DNA of 64,000 nt from Jatrophihabitans sp. GTDB taxonomy: Bacteria; Actinomycetota; Actinomycetes; Mycobacteriales; Jatrophihabitantaceae. The translations under genes and the position numbers were made by a program. The notes under the pieces were generated by a model. That model was not told where the DNA came from and ran no database searches. It was given only the letters and a program-made list of their open reading frames with translations. Position 1 is the first letter of the stretch; each line of letters starts with the position of its first letter. Below, in pieces: positions 49,413 through 59,381 of the stretch. The stretch spans positions 38,062 through 102,061 of the forward strand of contig DASSEP010000025.1 of NCBI GenBank assembly GCA_035695205.1. The letters are read 5' to 3'.

Positions 49413-50399
49413 ATGAGGCCCGAATCAACATCCGGATCGCACAACGCGGGCAAGCGCGTGCTGCTCGCCAAGCCACGCGGCTACTGCGCAGGCGTCGATC
49501 GGGCCGTGCAGACCGTGGAGCACGCCCTCGAGCATTACGGCGCGCCCGTGTACGTCCGCAAGCAGATCGTGCACAACCTGCACGTCGTCAAGGCGCTCGA
49601 GGCCCGCGGCGCGATCTTCGTCGACGAGAACGACGAGGTGCCCGAGGGCTCGGTCGTCGTGTTCTCGGCCCATGGCGTAGCCCCCGAGGTGCACGCGCAG
49701 GCCGCCGACCGCGCGCTGCGCACCATCGACGCCACCTGCCCGCTGGTGACCAAGGTGCACCACGAGGTGCGTCGCTACGCCAACGCGGGCTACGAGATCC
49801 TGCTGATCGGCCACGAGGGCCACGAAGAGGTCATCGGGACGAGCGGCGAGGCGCCCGAGCACATCACCATCGTCGACGGCCCGGACAGCGTCGCCGACAT
49901 CGAGGTACGCGACCCGGAGCGAGTGGTCTGGCTCTCGCAGACGACCTTGTCCGTCGACGAGACGATGGAGACGGTGCGCGCGCTGCGCGAGCGGTTCCCG
50001 CAGCTGCAGTCCCCGCCGTCGGACGACATCTGCTACGCGACGCAGAACCGGCAGGCGGCGGTGAAGACCATCGCGCCGCAGGTGGACCTGTTCCTGGTGG
50101 TCGGTTCCGGGAACTCCTCGAACTCGGTGCGCATGGTGGAGGTCGCCTCCGCCGCCGGCGCGCGGGCGGCGCACCTGGTCGAGAACGCGTCAGCGATCGA
50201 CGCGAGCTGGTTCGACGGCGTCGCCACCGTCGGCCTGTCGTCCGGCGCCTCGGTGCCCGAGGTGCTCGTCCAAGACGTGATGCAGTGGCTGGCCGAGCAC
50301 GGCTACGCCGACGTCGAAGAGGTCAACCACACCGAGGAACGGCTCACCTTCGCCCTGCCCCAGGAGCTGCGTCGCGAACTGCGTGCGGCCGGCCGCTGA
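49413..50399 (+). CDS. ispH: 4-hydroxy-3-methylbut-2-enyl diphosphate reductase
   Basis: [38 protein letters not shown]. Confidence 0.97.
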   Translation: MRPESTSGSHNAGKRVLLAKPRGYCAGVDRAVQTVEHALEHYGAPVYVRKQIVHNLHVVKALEARGAIFVDENDEVPEGSVVVFSAHGVAPEVHAQAADRALRTIDATCPLVTKVHHEVRRYANAGYEILLIGHEGHEEVIGTSGEAPEHITIVDGPDSVADIEVRDPERVVWLSQTTLSVDETMETVRALRERFPQLQSPPSDDICYATQNRQAAVKTIAPQVDLFLVVGSGNSSNSVRMVEVASAAGARAAHLVENASAIDASWFDGVATVGLSSGASVPEVLVQDVMQWLAEHGYADVEEVNHTEERLTFALPQELRRELRAAGR

Positions 50400-50414
50400 C
50401 CGCGCGTCAGCGGC
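50392..50414. terminator. Hairpin between convergent ispH and the DUF6542-like gene
   Basis: GCCGCTGAC-CGCGC-GTCAGCGGC, 9-bp stem. Confidence 0.55.
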
Positions 50415-51000
50415 GGATGATGAGCCGCACGCCGCCCACGATGAGCACGACTGCGGTGGCCGAGGCGATCGCCGGAAAGCCGTACACGAGGTAGTTGGCG
50501 GCCGCGTCGAACACGACCCGCTTGTCGCTCAGCCCGCCGGAGCGCAGGTAGAGCTGCAGCACCGCGGCGACCGTGTAGACGATCGGCGGCGCGATGACGA
50601 TCGGGAACATCTGCGAGCGGCGGACGAGCACGATCGCGGCGAGCGACGCCACCACGATGCCGATGTTGAAGCCCTGCCCGATCTGGCCCGAGCTGGCCGA
50701 GTCGATGATGCCGCCCACGGCGGCGATGGCGAACAGCACGAGCAGAGCCGCCCACCAGACCAGACCACGCTCGGGTGCCGCCGCACGCGCGGCGGGCGCG
50801 GCTTCGGCCGAGCGGGCCGGCGCCTGCTGCTGCCAGTCGCCCGCCGCCCAGTCGTCGTTCGAGACGCGACCGCGCGGAGCGGTACGCCGTGGCGCGCCGG
50901 AGCGCGCCGATCCCGCGCGGACCGCGGTGGCCGGTCCCCAGCCCTCGTCGTCCTGCGCTGAGGACGACCAGCCGCCGCGCGGGGCGGGACGATCGGTCAC
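50407..51000 (-). CDS. DUF6542-like membrane protein (Rv1111c-like)
   Basis: GLVWWAALL, VRRSQMFPIVIAPPIVY, FPAI; conserved position after ispH. Confidence 0.75.
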   Translation of the reverse strand: MTDRPAPRGGWSSSAQDDEGWGPATAVRAGSARSGAPRRTAPRGRVSNDDWAAGDWQQQAPARSAEAAPAARAAAPERGLVWWAALLVLFAIAAVGGIIDSASSGQIGQGFNIGIVVASLAAIVLVRRSQMFPIVIAPPIVYTVAAVLQLYLRSGGLSDKRVVFDAAANYLVYGFPAIASATAVVLIVGGVRLIIRR

Positions 51001-51098
51001 TATTGCTCCAGGGCTGGGTCGGATGAGCGGAGTACCGCTGCCGTCAGGCTACCCGGCCTTACTGAGACATTCCCCGCAGGCGCGCATCGATACGCGTG

Positions 51099-52490
51099 TC
51101 AGGACGTCGCACGACGACCGGGCTCCGGCGCCGTCGGCAGCTCACCCTGCCCGGCCGGCACCCGCTGCTTGGGCAGCGACACCACGCGCTGCTCGGTGAG
51201 TTCGGGGGCCTGCGTGGAGCGGGCGGTGTCGGTGATCTGGCGCGGTGGCTCGAGCGGATCGGCGCCCGGCTCGACGACCTGCAACTCGACCATCCGCCGC
51301 GCGGTGACCAGCACCCGGCTCTCCAGCGACGAGACGGTCTTGTTGTAGTCGCCCACGGCGCTCGTCAACGATCGGCCCAGCTTGTCGATGTGCCCGCCCA
51401 TCGTCGACAGCCGCTGGTAGAGCTCGCGCCCCAGTTTGTGCACCTCGGCCGCGTTGGCGGCCAGCGCCTCCTGCCGCCACGTGTAGGCCACCGTGCGCAG
51501 CAGCGCCACCAGCGTGGACGGCGTGGCGACGACGACGTTCTGGTCGAACGCGCGCTCGAGCAGCGCGGGATCCTCGCGGAGCGCGGCGTCGAGGAACGCG
51601 TCTGCAGGCACGAAGCACACGACGAACTCGGGGGAGGGCGTGAAGTGCTCCCAGTACGACTTCGCGCCGAGGGCGTCGATGTGGTCGCGCAGGTGCCGGG
51701 CGTGCGCCTTCAGGCGGGCGGCCCGGGTGGCCTCGTCGCGAGCCTCCATCGCCTCCAGGTAGCCGCTGAAGGCCACCTTCGAGTCGACCACCACGCTCTT
51801 GCCGCCGACGAGCCGCACGACGAGATCCGGGCGCAGCGTGCCGTCCGGCCCGTGCACCGACGCCTGGGTGACGTAGTCGATGTGCTCGGTCATCCCGGCC
51901 GCCTCGACGGCACGCTCCAGCTGCATCTCGCCCCAGCGGCCGCGCACCTGCGGCGCTCGGAGCGCCGTGACCAGCTGCGTGGTCTCCTTCTGCAGCCGTT
52001 CGGAGGTGGTGCGCATCATCGCGACCTGTTCCAGCAGCTGGGCGTAGGAACCGGCGCGCTCCTTCTCGACCGCCCCGAGCTGGTGCGCAACCCGCTCGAG
52101 CGACTCGCGCAACGGAGCGACCAGGCCCTCGATCGCCTGCTGGCGCGCGTTGAGATCGCCGTCGGCGGTGGCCGTGGTCGCGGCTAGCTTGGCGGCGGCG
52201 AGCTCGGCGAACGCTTCGTTGTTCTTCTTCAGCGCATCGCCGGCGAGCGAGTCGAACGCCTCTCGCAGCCGGGCCTCGGCCCGGAGCTGCTCCTGGGTGC
52301 GCGCTTCGTCGCGCTCGCGGGCGGCCACCCGCTCGGCCTCGAGCAGTGCGCTCACCCGCGCGAGCTCCTCGCGCGCCTCGGCCACCGCGGCACGCCCGGC
52401 GGCCTCGGCACGCGAGCGGCCCACGAGCAGCCCGATGGCGGCGCCCGCGGCGAGCGTGAGCACGGCGATCAGTACGGCGGCGACGTCCAT
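51099..52490 (-). CDS. rmuC: DNA recombination protein RmuC
   Basis: RGRWGEMQL, RPDLVV, VVDSK, N-terminal TM helix and coiled coil. Confidence 0.93.
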   Translation of the reverse strand: MDVAAVLIAVLTLAAGAAIGLLVGRSRAEAAGRAAVAEAREELARVSALLEAERVAARERDEARTQEQLRAEARLREAFDSLAGDALKKNNEAFAELAAAKLAATTATADGDLNARQQAIEGLVAPLRESLERVAHQLGAVEKERAGSYAQLLEQVAMMRTTSERLQKETTQLVTALRAPQVRGRWGEMQLERAVEAAGMTEHIDYVTQASVHGPDGTLRPDLVVRLVGGKSVVVDSKVAFSGYLEAMEARDEATRAARLKAHARHLRDHIDALGAKSYWEHFTPSPEFVVCFVPADAFLDAALREDPALLERAFDQNVVVATPSTLVALLRTVAYTWRQEALAANAAEVHKLGRELYQRLSTMGGHIDKLGRSLTSAVGDYNKTVSSLESRVLVTARRMVELQVVEPGADPLEPPRQITDTARSTQAPELTEQRVVSLPKQRVPAGQGELPTAPEPGRRATS

Positions 52491-52518
52491 GGCTCGATGC
52501 TCACACCGGCCACCGACA

Positions 52519-52546
52519 GTTTCCGATCGGCGCGCCGATCGGAAAC
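52519..52546. repeat. Perfect 28-bp palindrome in the rmuC/ychF divergent intergenic region
   Basis: GTTTCCGATCGGCGCGCCGATCGGAAAC equals its reverse complement. Confidence 0.9.
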
Positions 52547-52571
52547 CGGTGCGCCCGTAGACTGGCGGCCT

Positions 52572-53645
52572 GTGAGTCTGACCATCGGAATCCTCGGCCT
52601 GCCCAACGTCGGCAAGTCCACCCTGTTCAACGCGCTGACCAAGAACCAGGTGCTGGCCGCCAACTACCCGTTCGCGACCATCGACCCCAACGTCGGCGTG
52701 GTCGGGGTTCCGGACGAGCGCCTGGCCGTCCTCGCCCGCCTGTTCGACTCGGCGAAGATCGTTCCGGCGACCGTGTCCTTCGTCGACATCGCCGGCATCG
52801 TCCGCGGAGCGAGCACGGGCGAGGGGTTGGGAAACAAGTTCCTCGCCCATATCCGCGAGGCCGATGCGATCTGTCAGGTGATCCGGGCCTTCGACGACCC
52901 GAATGTCGTGCACGTCGAGGGCAAGGTCGATTCGGCCGGCGACATCGAGACGATCCACACCGAGCTCATCCTGGCCGACCTGCAGACCGTCGAGAACGCG
53001 TTGCCCCGGCTGCAGAAGGAGGCGCGCCTGAAGAAGGACCGCGCGCCGCTGGTGGCCGCCGCCGAAGAGGCGCGCGACACCCTGCAGCGCGGACGGACGA
53101 TCTTCGCGGCCGGGCTCGACCGCGGCCCGCTGCGCGAACTGCAGCTGCTGACGGCCAAACCGTTCCTCTACGTCTTCAACGTCGATCCCGACGAGATCGC
53201 CGATCCGGCGGTCACCGACAAGCTGGCCGCGCTGGTTGCCCCGGCCGAGGCGATCTTCCTCGACGCCAAGACCGAGTCGGAGCTGATCGAGCTCGAGCCC
53301 GCCGAGGCGCTGGAGCTGCTGCAGTCGATGGGGCAGGAGGAGTCGGGCATCGACCAGCTGGCCCGGGTCGGTTTCCGGACCCTCGGGCTGCAGACGTTCC
53401 TCACCGCCGGGCCCAAGGAGGCCAGGGCCTGGACCATCAAGGCGGGTTCCACCGCGCCGCAAGCCGCCGGCGTGATCCACACCGACTTCGAGCGGGGCTT
53501 CATCAAGGCCGAGGTGGTGTCCTACGACGAACTGGTGGACGCCGGCTCGATGGCCGAAGCCCGCGCGCGCGGCAAGGTCCGCATCGAGGGCAAGGACTAC
53601 GTGATGGCCGACGGCGACGTCGTCGAGTTCCGGTTCAACGTTTAG
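52572..53645 (+). CDS. ychF: Redox-regulated ATPase YchF
   Basis: GLPNVGKST, NYPFATIDPN, DIAG, GEGLGNKFL, TGS domain. Confidence 0.97.
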   Translation: MSLTIGILGLPNVGKSTLFNALTKNQVLAANYPFATIDPNVGVVGVPDERLAVLARLFDSAKIVPATVSFVDIAGIVRGASTGEGLGNKFLAHIREADAICQVIRAFDDPNVVHVEGKVDSAGDIETIHTELILADLQTVENALPRLQKEARLKKDRAPLVAAAEEARDTLQRGRTIFAAGLDRGPLRELQLLTAKPFLYVFNVDPDEIADPAVTDKLAALVAPAEAIFLDAKTESELIELEPAEALELLQSMGQEESGIDQLARVGFRTLGLQTFLTAGPKEARAWTIKAGSTAPQAAGVIHTDFERGFIKAEVVSYDELVDAGSMAEARARGKVRIEGKDYVMADGDVVEFRFNV

Positions 53646-53769
53646 CTCGGTACCAGTGCCGACGGCCCGTCCGCGGTCGACCTGAGGAAAAACCTTCGCC
53701 CTGCACCTCAACTGGAGGTGGTTGCCGACCGCTTGCGGTGGCACCCTGGCTGCAGGGAGGTGGTTGCCC

Positions 53770-54396
53770 GTGTCCGACGCACCCCGACTCCGGCCAGACC
53801 TGCCGGAAACCCTGCCGATCCTTTCGCGCGGGAAACATCTCAATCCCCGAGACGGCGCCTGTGTGATGGAGTTCGTGTCCGTCCTCGCCGGCGAGCGGTG
53901 GAGCGATCATCCGCGGTGCACGCACCCGGCGCTCGCCGAGCTGGCCCGGCTGGTCAACGACGCGCTCCCCGAGGGGGATCACGTGCTGCTCGGCCCCATC
54001 GCCGCCGATCTCGTCGGGCTCCGGCCCGCCGACATCCGGGTGACTCCGGCGTTGGTGCGGTTGTGCATGTCCGCGCAGAGCGCCGCGGGGCACGAGGGCT
54101 GGCGGTCCCGCCGGCTGGCCCGCCAGGCCGAACGCCGGCTGAACGCGGTGGACGACCCGCTCGAGCGCGGTTGGCGCCGCCGGTTCGGTGAGGCGGTCTA
54201 CCGGCAGGCGACGGCGCGCCGCGCCATGATCGGCACGGTGATGTACCTGGCACAGGGCCCGCGCCCGGCGGCGAGCCGCAATCTGCGCGAGCTACTGCGC
54301 AGCGCGGTCGACCTCTGCATCGCGCTCCAGCAGGCGGGGCCGAACTCGCCGGCCGAGGAGCTGGTCGGCGAGTTCGCTGCGCAGGTACAGCACTGA
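53770..54396 (+). CDS. Hypothetical protein with His/Cys-rich N-terminal motif
   Basis: GGAGG SD; LSRGKH..PRDGACVMEFVSVLAGERWSDHPRCTHP. Confidence 0.7.
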   Translation: MSDAPRLRPDLPETLPILSRGKHLNPRDGACVMEFVSVLAGERWSDHPRCTHPALAELARLVNDALPEGDHVLLGPIAADLVGLRPADIRVTPALVRLCMSAQSAAGHEGWRSRRLARQAERRLNAVDDPLERGWRRRFGEAVYRQATARRAMIGTVMYLAQGPRPAASRNLRELLRSAVDLCIALQQAGPNSPAEELVGEFAAQVQH

Positions 54397-55305
54397 GCGT
54401 CCCGACCGCGCGCGGTTGACCAGCCCGCCCTCGCGCAGCACCCGCAGGTGCTGGCTCACCGCCGAGGGCGTGACCTCGGTGCGCCGCGCCAGCTCGGTGG
54501 TCGTCATGGGCTCGGCGAGCAGGGCGAGCAGTCCGGCGCGGGTGCGACCCAGCAGGTCGGCGACCACGCTCGGGGCGGGCGGGTTCCGCTTCTCCCACAC
54601 CGTCGCCCGCCCCCGCGCCGGATAGACGATCCAGGGCGGCTCGTCCAGATCGATGTAGGTGACCGCCCCGCGGCAGAACAGCGACGGGCTCAACCGGACG
54701 CCCCGGCCGGCGACCTCGAGATAGCGCCGCTCGGCGATCTTGCGGTCGACGGTCAGGATGCCGTCGTCCCAGCGCACCCGTGCGTCGAGCGCGCCGAACA
54801 ACCCCGCCGCTCCGCTGGCTGCGAGCTGCCGCGAGCCGTGGACGACGTCGGCCTCGAGCACTGCTCGGATCCGCGGCCAGAACGGGTGCAGGCACGCCTG
54901 CCAGTAGTCGGCGAGGGCGGCGGTGATGCGCTCCAGCACCTGCGACGGCTTGCCGCGCAGGACCTGCGGCGGCGTGGCGTCGCCATAGGTCCGGAGGATG
55001 TCGGCCCGCACCCGGCGCGGCGGCGTCGCTCGTACGGCAGCCAACTCGTCGTCGAAGTCGGCAAGCAGTTCCGATCCGCGCGGAGTGAGAAAGTCCGGCA
55101 CCCACATCGTGGGCGCAACCAGCGCGTCGAGCGTCTCGGTGTCCAGCTCCCGCCATGCGGCCAGTTGCGCGGAGCGCCAGGGCAGGTGCATCGGCTGGCG
55201 GCCCGGCCGCCGCCAGACCCAGAGACTGAAGACCGTCTCCTGCATCGGCGAGATCGTGAACGTCGTCTCGGCGAGATCGGCCGCCCGCAGGTGCATCTCG
55301 ATCAT
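54292..55305 (-). CDS. DUF5937/ArsR-type winged-helix regulator
   Basis: ISPMQE, VPDFLTP, YPARG, C-terminal HTH TTTELARR...AVSQHLRVL; divergent from an MFS gene. Confidence 0.85.
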   Translation of the reverse strand: MIEMHLRAADLAETTFTISPMQETVFSLWVWRRPGRQPMHLPWRSAQLAAWRELDTETLDALVAPTMWVPDFLTPRGSELLADFDDELAAVRATPPRRVRADILRTYGDATPPQVLRGKPSQVLERITAALADYWQACLHPFWPRIRAVLEADVVHGSRQLAASGAAGLFGALDARVRWDDGILTVDRKIAERRYLEVAGRGVRLSPSLFCRGAVTYIDLDEPPWIVYPARGRATVWEKRNPPAPSVVADLLGRTRAGLLALLAEPMTTTELARRTEVTPSAVSQHLRVLREGGLVNRARSGRSVLYLRSELADQLLGRRVRPRLLERDAEVDRAAQ

Positions 55306-55361
55306 TGAGCGATACTCTAAATCATTGGTCTCCGTCGTCCGTCGGCGATCTGATCGTCGGC

Positions 55362-56633
55362 GTGACACAGCTCGCGCCGAGGATGCGGCTCCGGCGGGTG
55401 ATCCCCGAGGAGCCGGCCCTGCGCCGACTGGCCGCCGTCACTGTCGTGAACACCTTCGGCAACGGCCTGTTCATGACCTTGGGCGCGTTGTACCTCACGC
55501 GCATGGTGGGCCTGTCGGTCGCGCAGGTGGGCTTGGGCCTGACCGTCGCCGGCGGGTTGGGCGTCGTAGGCGGCATTCCCTTCGGCCAGCTGGCCGACCG
55601 GGTAGGCCACCTGCGGCTGTTGATCGTGCTCGTGCTCGCCGAAGCGGTCGGCACCGCGTGCGTCACACTGATCGATTCCTTCGCGACGCTGCTCGTCGTC
55701 GCCGGGCTGACGACGCTGGCCGACCGGGCGAGTTCGGCGGTGCGCAACGGCCTCTACGCGGTGGTGCTGTCGCCGGAGCGGCGCACGCAGTCTCGTGCCT
55801 ACCTGCGTGCCGTCACGAACGTGGGCATCGGGGCCGGGTCCGCGACGGCGGCGATCGCGCTGCAGGTCGACACCCGCCCGGCCTACGTCGCGCTGATCCT
55901 CCTCGACGCGCTCACCTTCGTCGTGGCGGCATGGCTGCTCGCCGGTATGCCGATCTCCGAGCCCGTCCGCGCTGAGCGGTCGGCCGAGAAGCACCCGCGC
56001 AACCGCGCACTCCGCGACGGCCCGTACCTGGCGATCAGCGGCCTGAACGCAGTGCTCGCCCTGCAGTTCGGGCTGATCGAGGTGGGCCTGCCGCTGTGGA
56101 TCGTGCGGCACACCGACGCGCCTCGCGCGATGGTCGCGGGCACGATGCTGCTCAACACCGTCCTGGTGGTGCTCCTGCAGGTCCGCGCGAGCAAGGGCAT
56201 CACCACGGTCGGCAAAGCCGCCCGGGCCGCCGGTCGCGGCGGTTTGCTGATGGCCGCTGCGTGCCTGGTGTTCGCGGCGGCGCACGGCGTGAGCATGTGG
56301 CTCGCGACTGTCGTGCTGGCCGTCGGCATGTTGGTGCAAACGCTGTCCGAGGTCACCTGTTCGGCGGCCGGTTGGGCGCTGAGCTACGACCTCGCCGACC
56401 CGCAGCACCCCGGCGCCTACCAGGGCGTTTACTCCAGCGGCTTCGCGCTCGCCACCATGCTCGCCCCGGTGATCGCCGCGGTGACCGCGCTGCGCTACGG
56501 CCTGCTGGGGTGGTGCGTGCTGGCCGCGCTGTTCGCAGTCGCCGGCATGGCGGTGCGGCCGGTGACAGCGTGGGCGGTGCGACGCGGTGCGCAACGGTGC
56601 CAGGCCGCCGTACCGGTGGCCGCGGCGCGTTAG
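55362..56633 (+). CDS. MFS transporter
   Basis: GQLADRVG motif A; about 12 TM helices. Confidence 0.88.
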   Translation: MTQLAPRMRLRRVIPEEPALRRLAAVTVVNTFGNGLFMTLGALYLTRMVGLSVAQVGLGLTVAGGLGVVGGIPFGQLADRVGHLRLLIVLVLAEAVGTACVTLIDSFATLLVVAGLTTLADRASSAVRNGLYAVVLSPERRTQSRAYLRAVTNVGIGAGSATAAIALQVDTRPAYVALILLDALTFVVAAWLLAGMPISEPVRAERSAEKHPRNRALRDGPYLAISGLNAVLALQFGLIEVGLPLWIVRHTDAPRAMVAGTMLLNTVLVVLLQVRASKGITTVGKAARAAGRGGLLMAAACLVFAAAHGVSMWLATVVLAVGMLVQTLSEVTCSAAGWALSYDLADPQHPGAYQGVYSSGFALATMLAPVIAAVTALRYGLLGWCVLAALFAVAGMAVRPVTAWAVRRGAQRCQAAVPVAAAR

Positions 56634-56662
56634 CCGTTACGCACAGCGGGTACGACCGACCC

Positions 56663-57052
56663 GTGGCTGCGCTGGAGCGTTTCGAGTTCGGGTTCGATCC
56701 CCGCTACCGCCGGGCCGCGTGGCCGTTCGGCGTCCGGCCGGACACCACCTGGATCAACGTCGGCGGCGGCACCCTTGCCGTCCGGTTCGGACCGTGGCGG
56801 GTCGCGACGCCGTTGACGAACATCGCCGATGTGGCGATCACCGGGCCCTACGCCTTCGTCAAGACGGCCGGGCCGGCCCGCCTCGGTGTCACCGACCGGG
56901 GGCTCACGTTCGCGACGAACGGCCGGCGCGGCGTCTGCCTGCAATTCCGCGAACCGATCAAGGGCATCGACCCCTGGGGGCTGCTGCGTCACCCGAACCT
57001 GACGCTGACGGCCGCGGACTGCGACGCGCTCGCCGCGGCCTTGCGGCGCTGA
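56663..57052 (+). CDS. Hypothetical protein (129 aa)
   Basis: VRFGPWRVATPLTNI, GPARLGVTDRGLTFATN; coding-like codon usage. Confidence 0.65.
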   Translation: MAALERFEFGFDPRYRRAAWPFGVRPDTTWINVGGGTLAVRFGPWRVATPLTNIADVAITGPYAFVKTAGPARLGVTDRGLTFATNGRRGVCLQFREPIKGIDPWGLLRHPNLTLTAADCDALAAALRR

Positions 57053-58356
57053 CGCCGCCGCCCCTGCGCCGCCGACAGGACGAACAGCTCCGGAGCTATC
57101 CGCGGCAGGGCCTGGCTCAGGTGCGTGGCCAGCCCTCGCGCGTGCGCAATGTCGCGGCCGGTCCAGCGACGGTGGGTGAACTGGGCGAACTCGAGGATGC
57201 CGATGGGCCGGCCGTCGTGATAGAGCGGGACGATCAACAGGCTCGCGAAGCCGAGGTTGCGCATGAACCCCTTCTCGGCGGGGTCGGTGTTCGGGTCGGA
57301 CAGGTGCGCTTCGACGGGGACGGCGTCCTGCAGCACCCTGCGCGTCGCCGGGAAGTCGCTCAGCGGGTATTCGGTGGTGTCGAGGTCGGCCCCGGCCACG
57401 GCGATCTCGCGCAGCACGCCGTCCCCGCCGAGGGCCGAGACGGCGAGCACGTCGACGGTCATGTCCGAAGCCGCGCGGGCGATGGCGGCGCGCAGATCGG
57501 CCGCGCGCGTTGCGCTCGCCAGGGCCAGGGTGACGGCGTGCACCTCGCGCACCGCGTCGGCCGACGCGCTACCGGCCTCCTCGCGGCGAAGCGCCGAGCC
57601 GCGGGCCTGCCGGCAGGCGAAGCGGACGGCGGGATCGATCGGAGCGAGTTCCCGGGCGGGACGGCCGACCGCCCAACCCTGACCTAGATCGACGTCGAAC
57701 TCGGCCAGGGCGGCCAGGTCATCGAGCGTCTCCACGCCCTCGCCGATCGTCAACGCGCCCATCCGTTGCGACAAGGTCACCAACGCGTCCAGCACCGCGC
57801 GTTGGGCAGGGTTGTGCCGGACGCCGGCGACGATGGCACGGTCGATCTTGACGTAGTCGGGTCGCATCGTCGCGAGCCGGAGCAGCCCCGCGTACCCGGT
57901 GCCCACGTCGTCCACTGCGATCAGCGCGCCTCGGCCGCGCAACCGTCCCAAGTTGTCCTGCAGGGCGCAGACATCGCTCGACGCGTGCTCGGTCACTTCG
58001 ACGACGACGCCGACGAGGTCCTCGTCCCACATCTGGGCCAGCGCGTCGTGACCGAGTACGTCGGGACTCATGTTGAGGGTCAGCAGCGTGCCCGACGGGA
58101 GCTCCGCGCGCCGGTCGAGTGCCCGGCGTACGCACTCGGCCTCGAGCTCGTACCCGAAGCCGGAGGCGTGCGCGTGGGCGAAGACGTCCCCGGCGCCCCC
58201 GGTCGGGGAGCAGCGGAAGCGGGCGAGCGCCTCGACGGCCGCCAGGGCACCGGTCGCGACCTCCACGATCGGCTGCAGCACGATCTCGAGGCCGTCGAGC
58301 ATTTCCTCGACCGAGGACACCGCCGACAGCGGCGCACCACGAGCTGGCTGTTCCAC
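56989..58356 (-). CDS. EAL domain (c-di-GMP phosphodiesterase) with C-terminal GAF domain
   Basis: QPIV, VEALARF, EVTE, DDVGTG, KIDR, EGVE, QGW; SLLIVPL...IGILE GAF-like tail; GGAGG SD. Confidence 0.85.
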   Translation of the reverse strand: MEQPARGAPLSAVSSVEEMLDGLEIVLQPIVEVATGALAAVEALARFRCSPTGGAGDVFAHAHASGFGYELEAECVRRALDRRAELPSGTLLTLNMSPDVLGHDALAQMWDEDLVGVVVEVTEHASSDVCALQDNLGRLRGRGALIAVDDVGTGYAGLLRLATMRPDYVKIDRAIVAGVRHNPAQRAVLDALVTLSQRMGALTIGEGVETLDDLAALAEFDVDLGQGWAVGRPARELAPIDPAVRFACRQARGSALRREEAGSASADAVREVHAVTLALASATRAADLRAAIARAASDMTVDVLAVSALGGDGVLREIAVAGADLDTTEYPLSDFPATRRVLQDAVPVEAHLSDPNTDPAEKGFMRNLGFASLLIVPLYHDGRPIGILEFAQFTHRRWTGRDIAHARGLATHLSQALPRIAPELFVLSAAQGRRRQRRKAAASASQSAAVSVRFG

Positions 58357-58555
58357 GACGCCTCCTGCCCATGGGAACCTTCTGGACTTTACCGTAACTA
58401 AACAACTGTGAGAAGTGGCGGAATCCAGGCCGTCGTGCGACGGGTTGTGAGTTGATCTCTTCGCGCGGACACAACTTGGATGCCCGCGCCGGACCGCGGC
58501 CGTCGCCGGGCCGCCATCCAGTCGTCCGCCGCGGCAAGGCGACGGAGGCAGCGCG

Positions 58556-59365
58556 ATGTCGACTGCGACGATGACCGGGGCGCGGGCGGCGCACAGCCCT
58601 GCGATGCGCGCCACGGCGCGGGTCGGGCTCACGGCCCGGGCGATCGTCTATCTGCTCATGGGCGGTCTGGCGATCGACATCGCCGTCGGCGGCAGCAAGC
58701 GACCGGCCAACCAGCAGGGCGCGCTCGCCGAGGTCGCGGCGACGCCCGGCGGCAGCGTGCTGCTGGTGCTGATCGCCGCGGGTTTCGCGGGCTACGCGCT
58801 CTGGCGGCTCAGCCAGGCGCTGTTCAACACCTCACCCGAGGGGTCGGACGGCAAGGAACGCGCAAAGTGCGCGGCGCGCGGGATCGTCTACGCGCTGCTG
58901 TGCGGCACCGCCGTCAACGTGCTCACCGGCTCCGCCGGGTCTACGCAGGACAAGCAGCAGGCGGGCATGACCGCCTCGCTGATGCATCACGAAGGCGGGC
59001 GCTGGCTGGTGGGCATCGCCGGCGTGGTCGTGGTCGTGGTCGGCGCCTACCTCGTCGCCGAAGGAGTGCGCCGCAAGTTCGTCGACCACCTCAATACCGG
59101 CCGGATGTCGCGTCGCACGCAGAAGGTCGTGGTCGCCCTCGGTGCCGTGGGAACCACGGCCCGCGGGGCCGTGGTCGGACTCGCCGGGGTGCTGGTCGTG
59201 GCCGCCGCGATCACCGCCGACCCGAAGGAGTCCCGGGGCCTGGACGGTGCGCTGCGCACGCTGGCCCACCAGCCGCTCGGCACCTGGCTGCTCGGCATCG
59301 CCGCGCTCGGGCTGCTGGCCTTCGGCAGCTACGGGCTGGCCGAGGCGAAGTGGTCGCAGGTCTGA
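58556..59365 (+). CDS. DUF1206 family membrane protein
   Basis: ARVGLTARAIVY, QQGAL, GLDGALRTL, EAKW. Confidence 0.85.
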   Translation: MSTATMTGARAAHSPAMRATARVGLTARAIVYLLMGGLAIDIAVGGSKRPANQQGALAEVAATPGGSVLLVLIAAGFAGYALWRLSQALFNTSPEGSDGKERAKCAARGIVYALLCGTAVNVLTGSAGSTQDKQQAGMTASLMHHEGGRWLVGIAGVVVVVVGAYLVAEGVRRKFVDHLNTGRMSRRTQKVVVALGAVGTTARGAVVGLAGVLVVAAAITADPKESRGLDGALRTLAHQPLGTWLLGIAALGLLAFGSYGLAEAKWSQV

Positions 59366-59381
59366 CCGCCGGTTCGGCCGG

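Noticed and set aside
52491-53843. Apparent 914-aa RmuC fusion
   Set aside because: The extension is antisense to ychF; RmuC starts at ATG 52490 with its TM helix.
58357-58555. c-di-GMP riboswitch upstream of the EAL gene
   Set aside because: No recognisable class I or II consensus on either strand by eye; an Rfam scan would be decisive.
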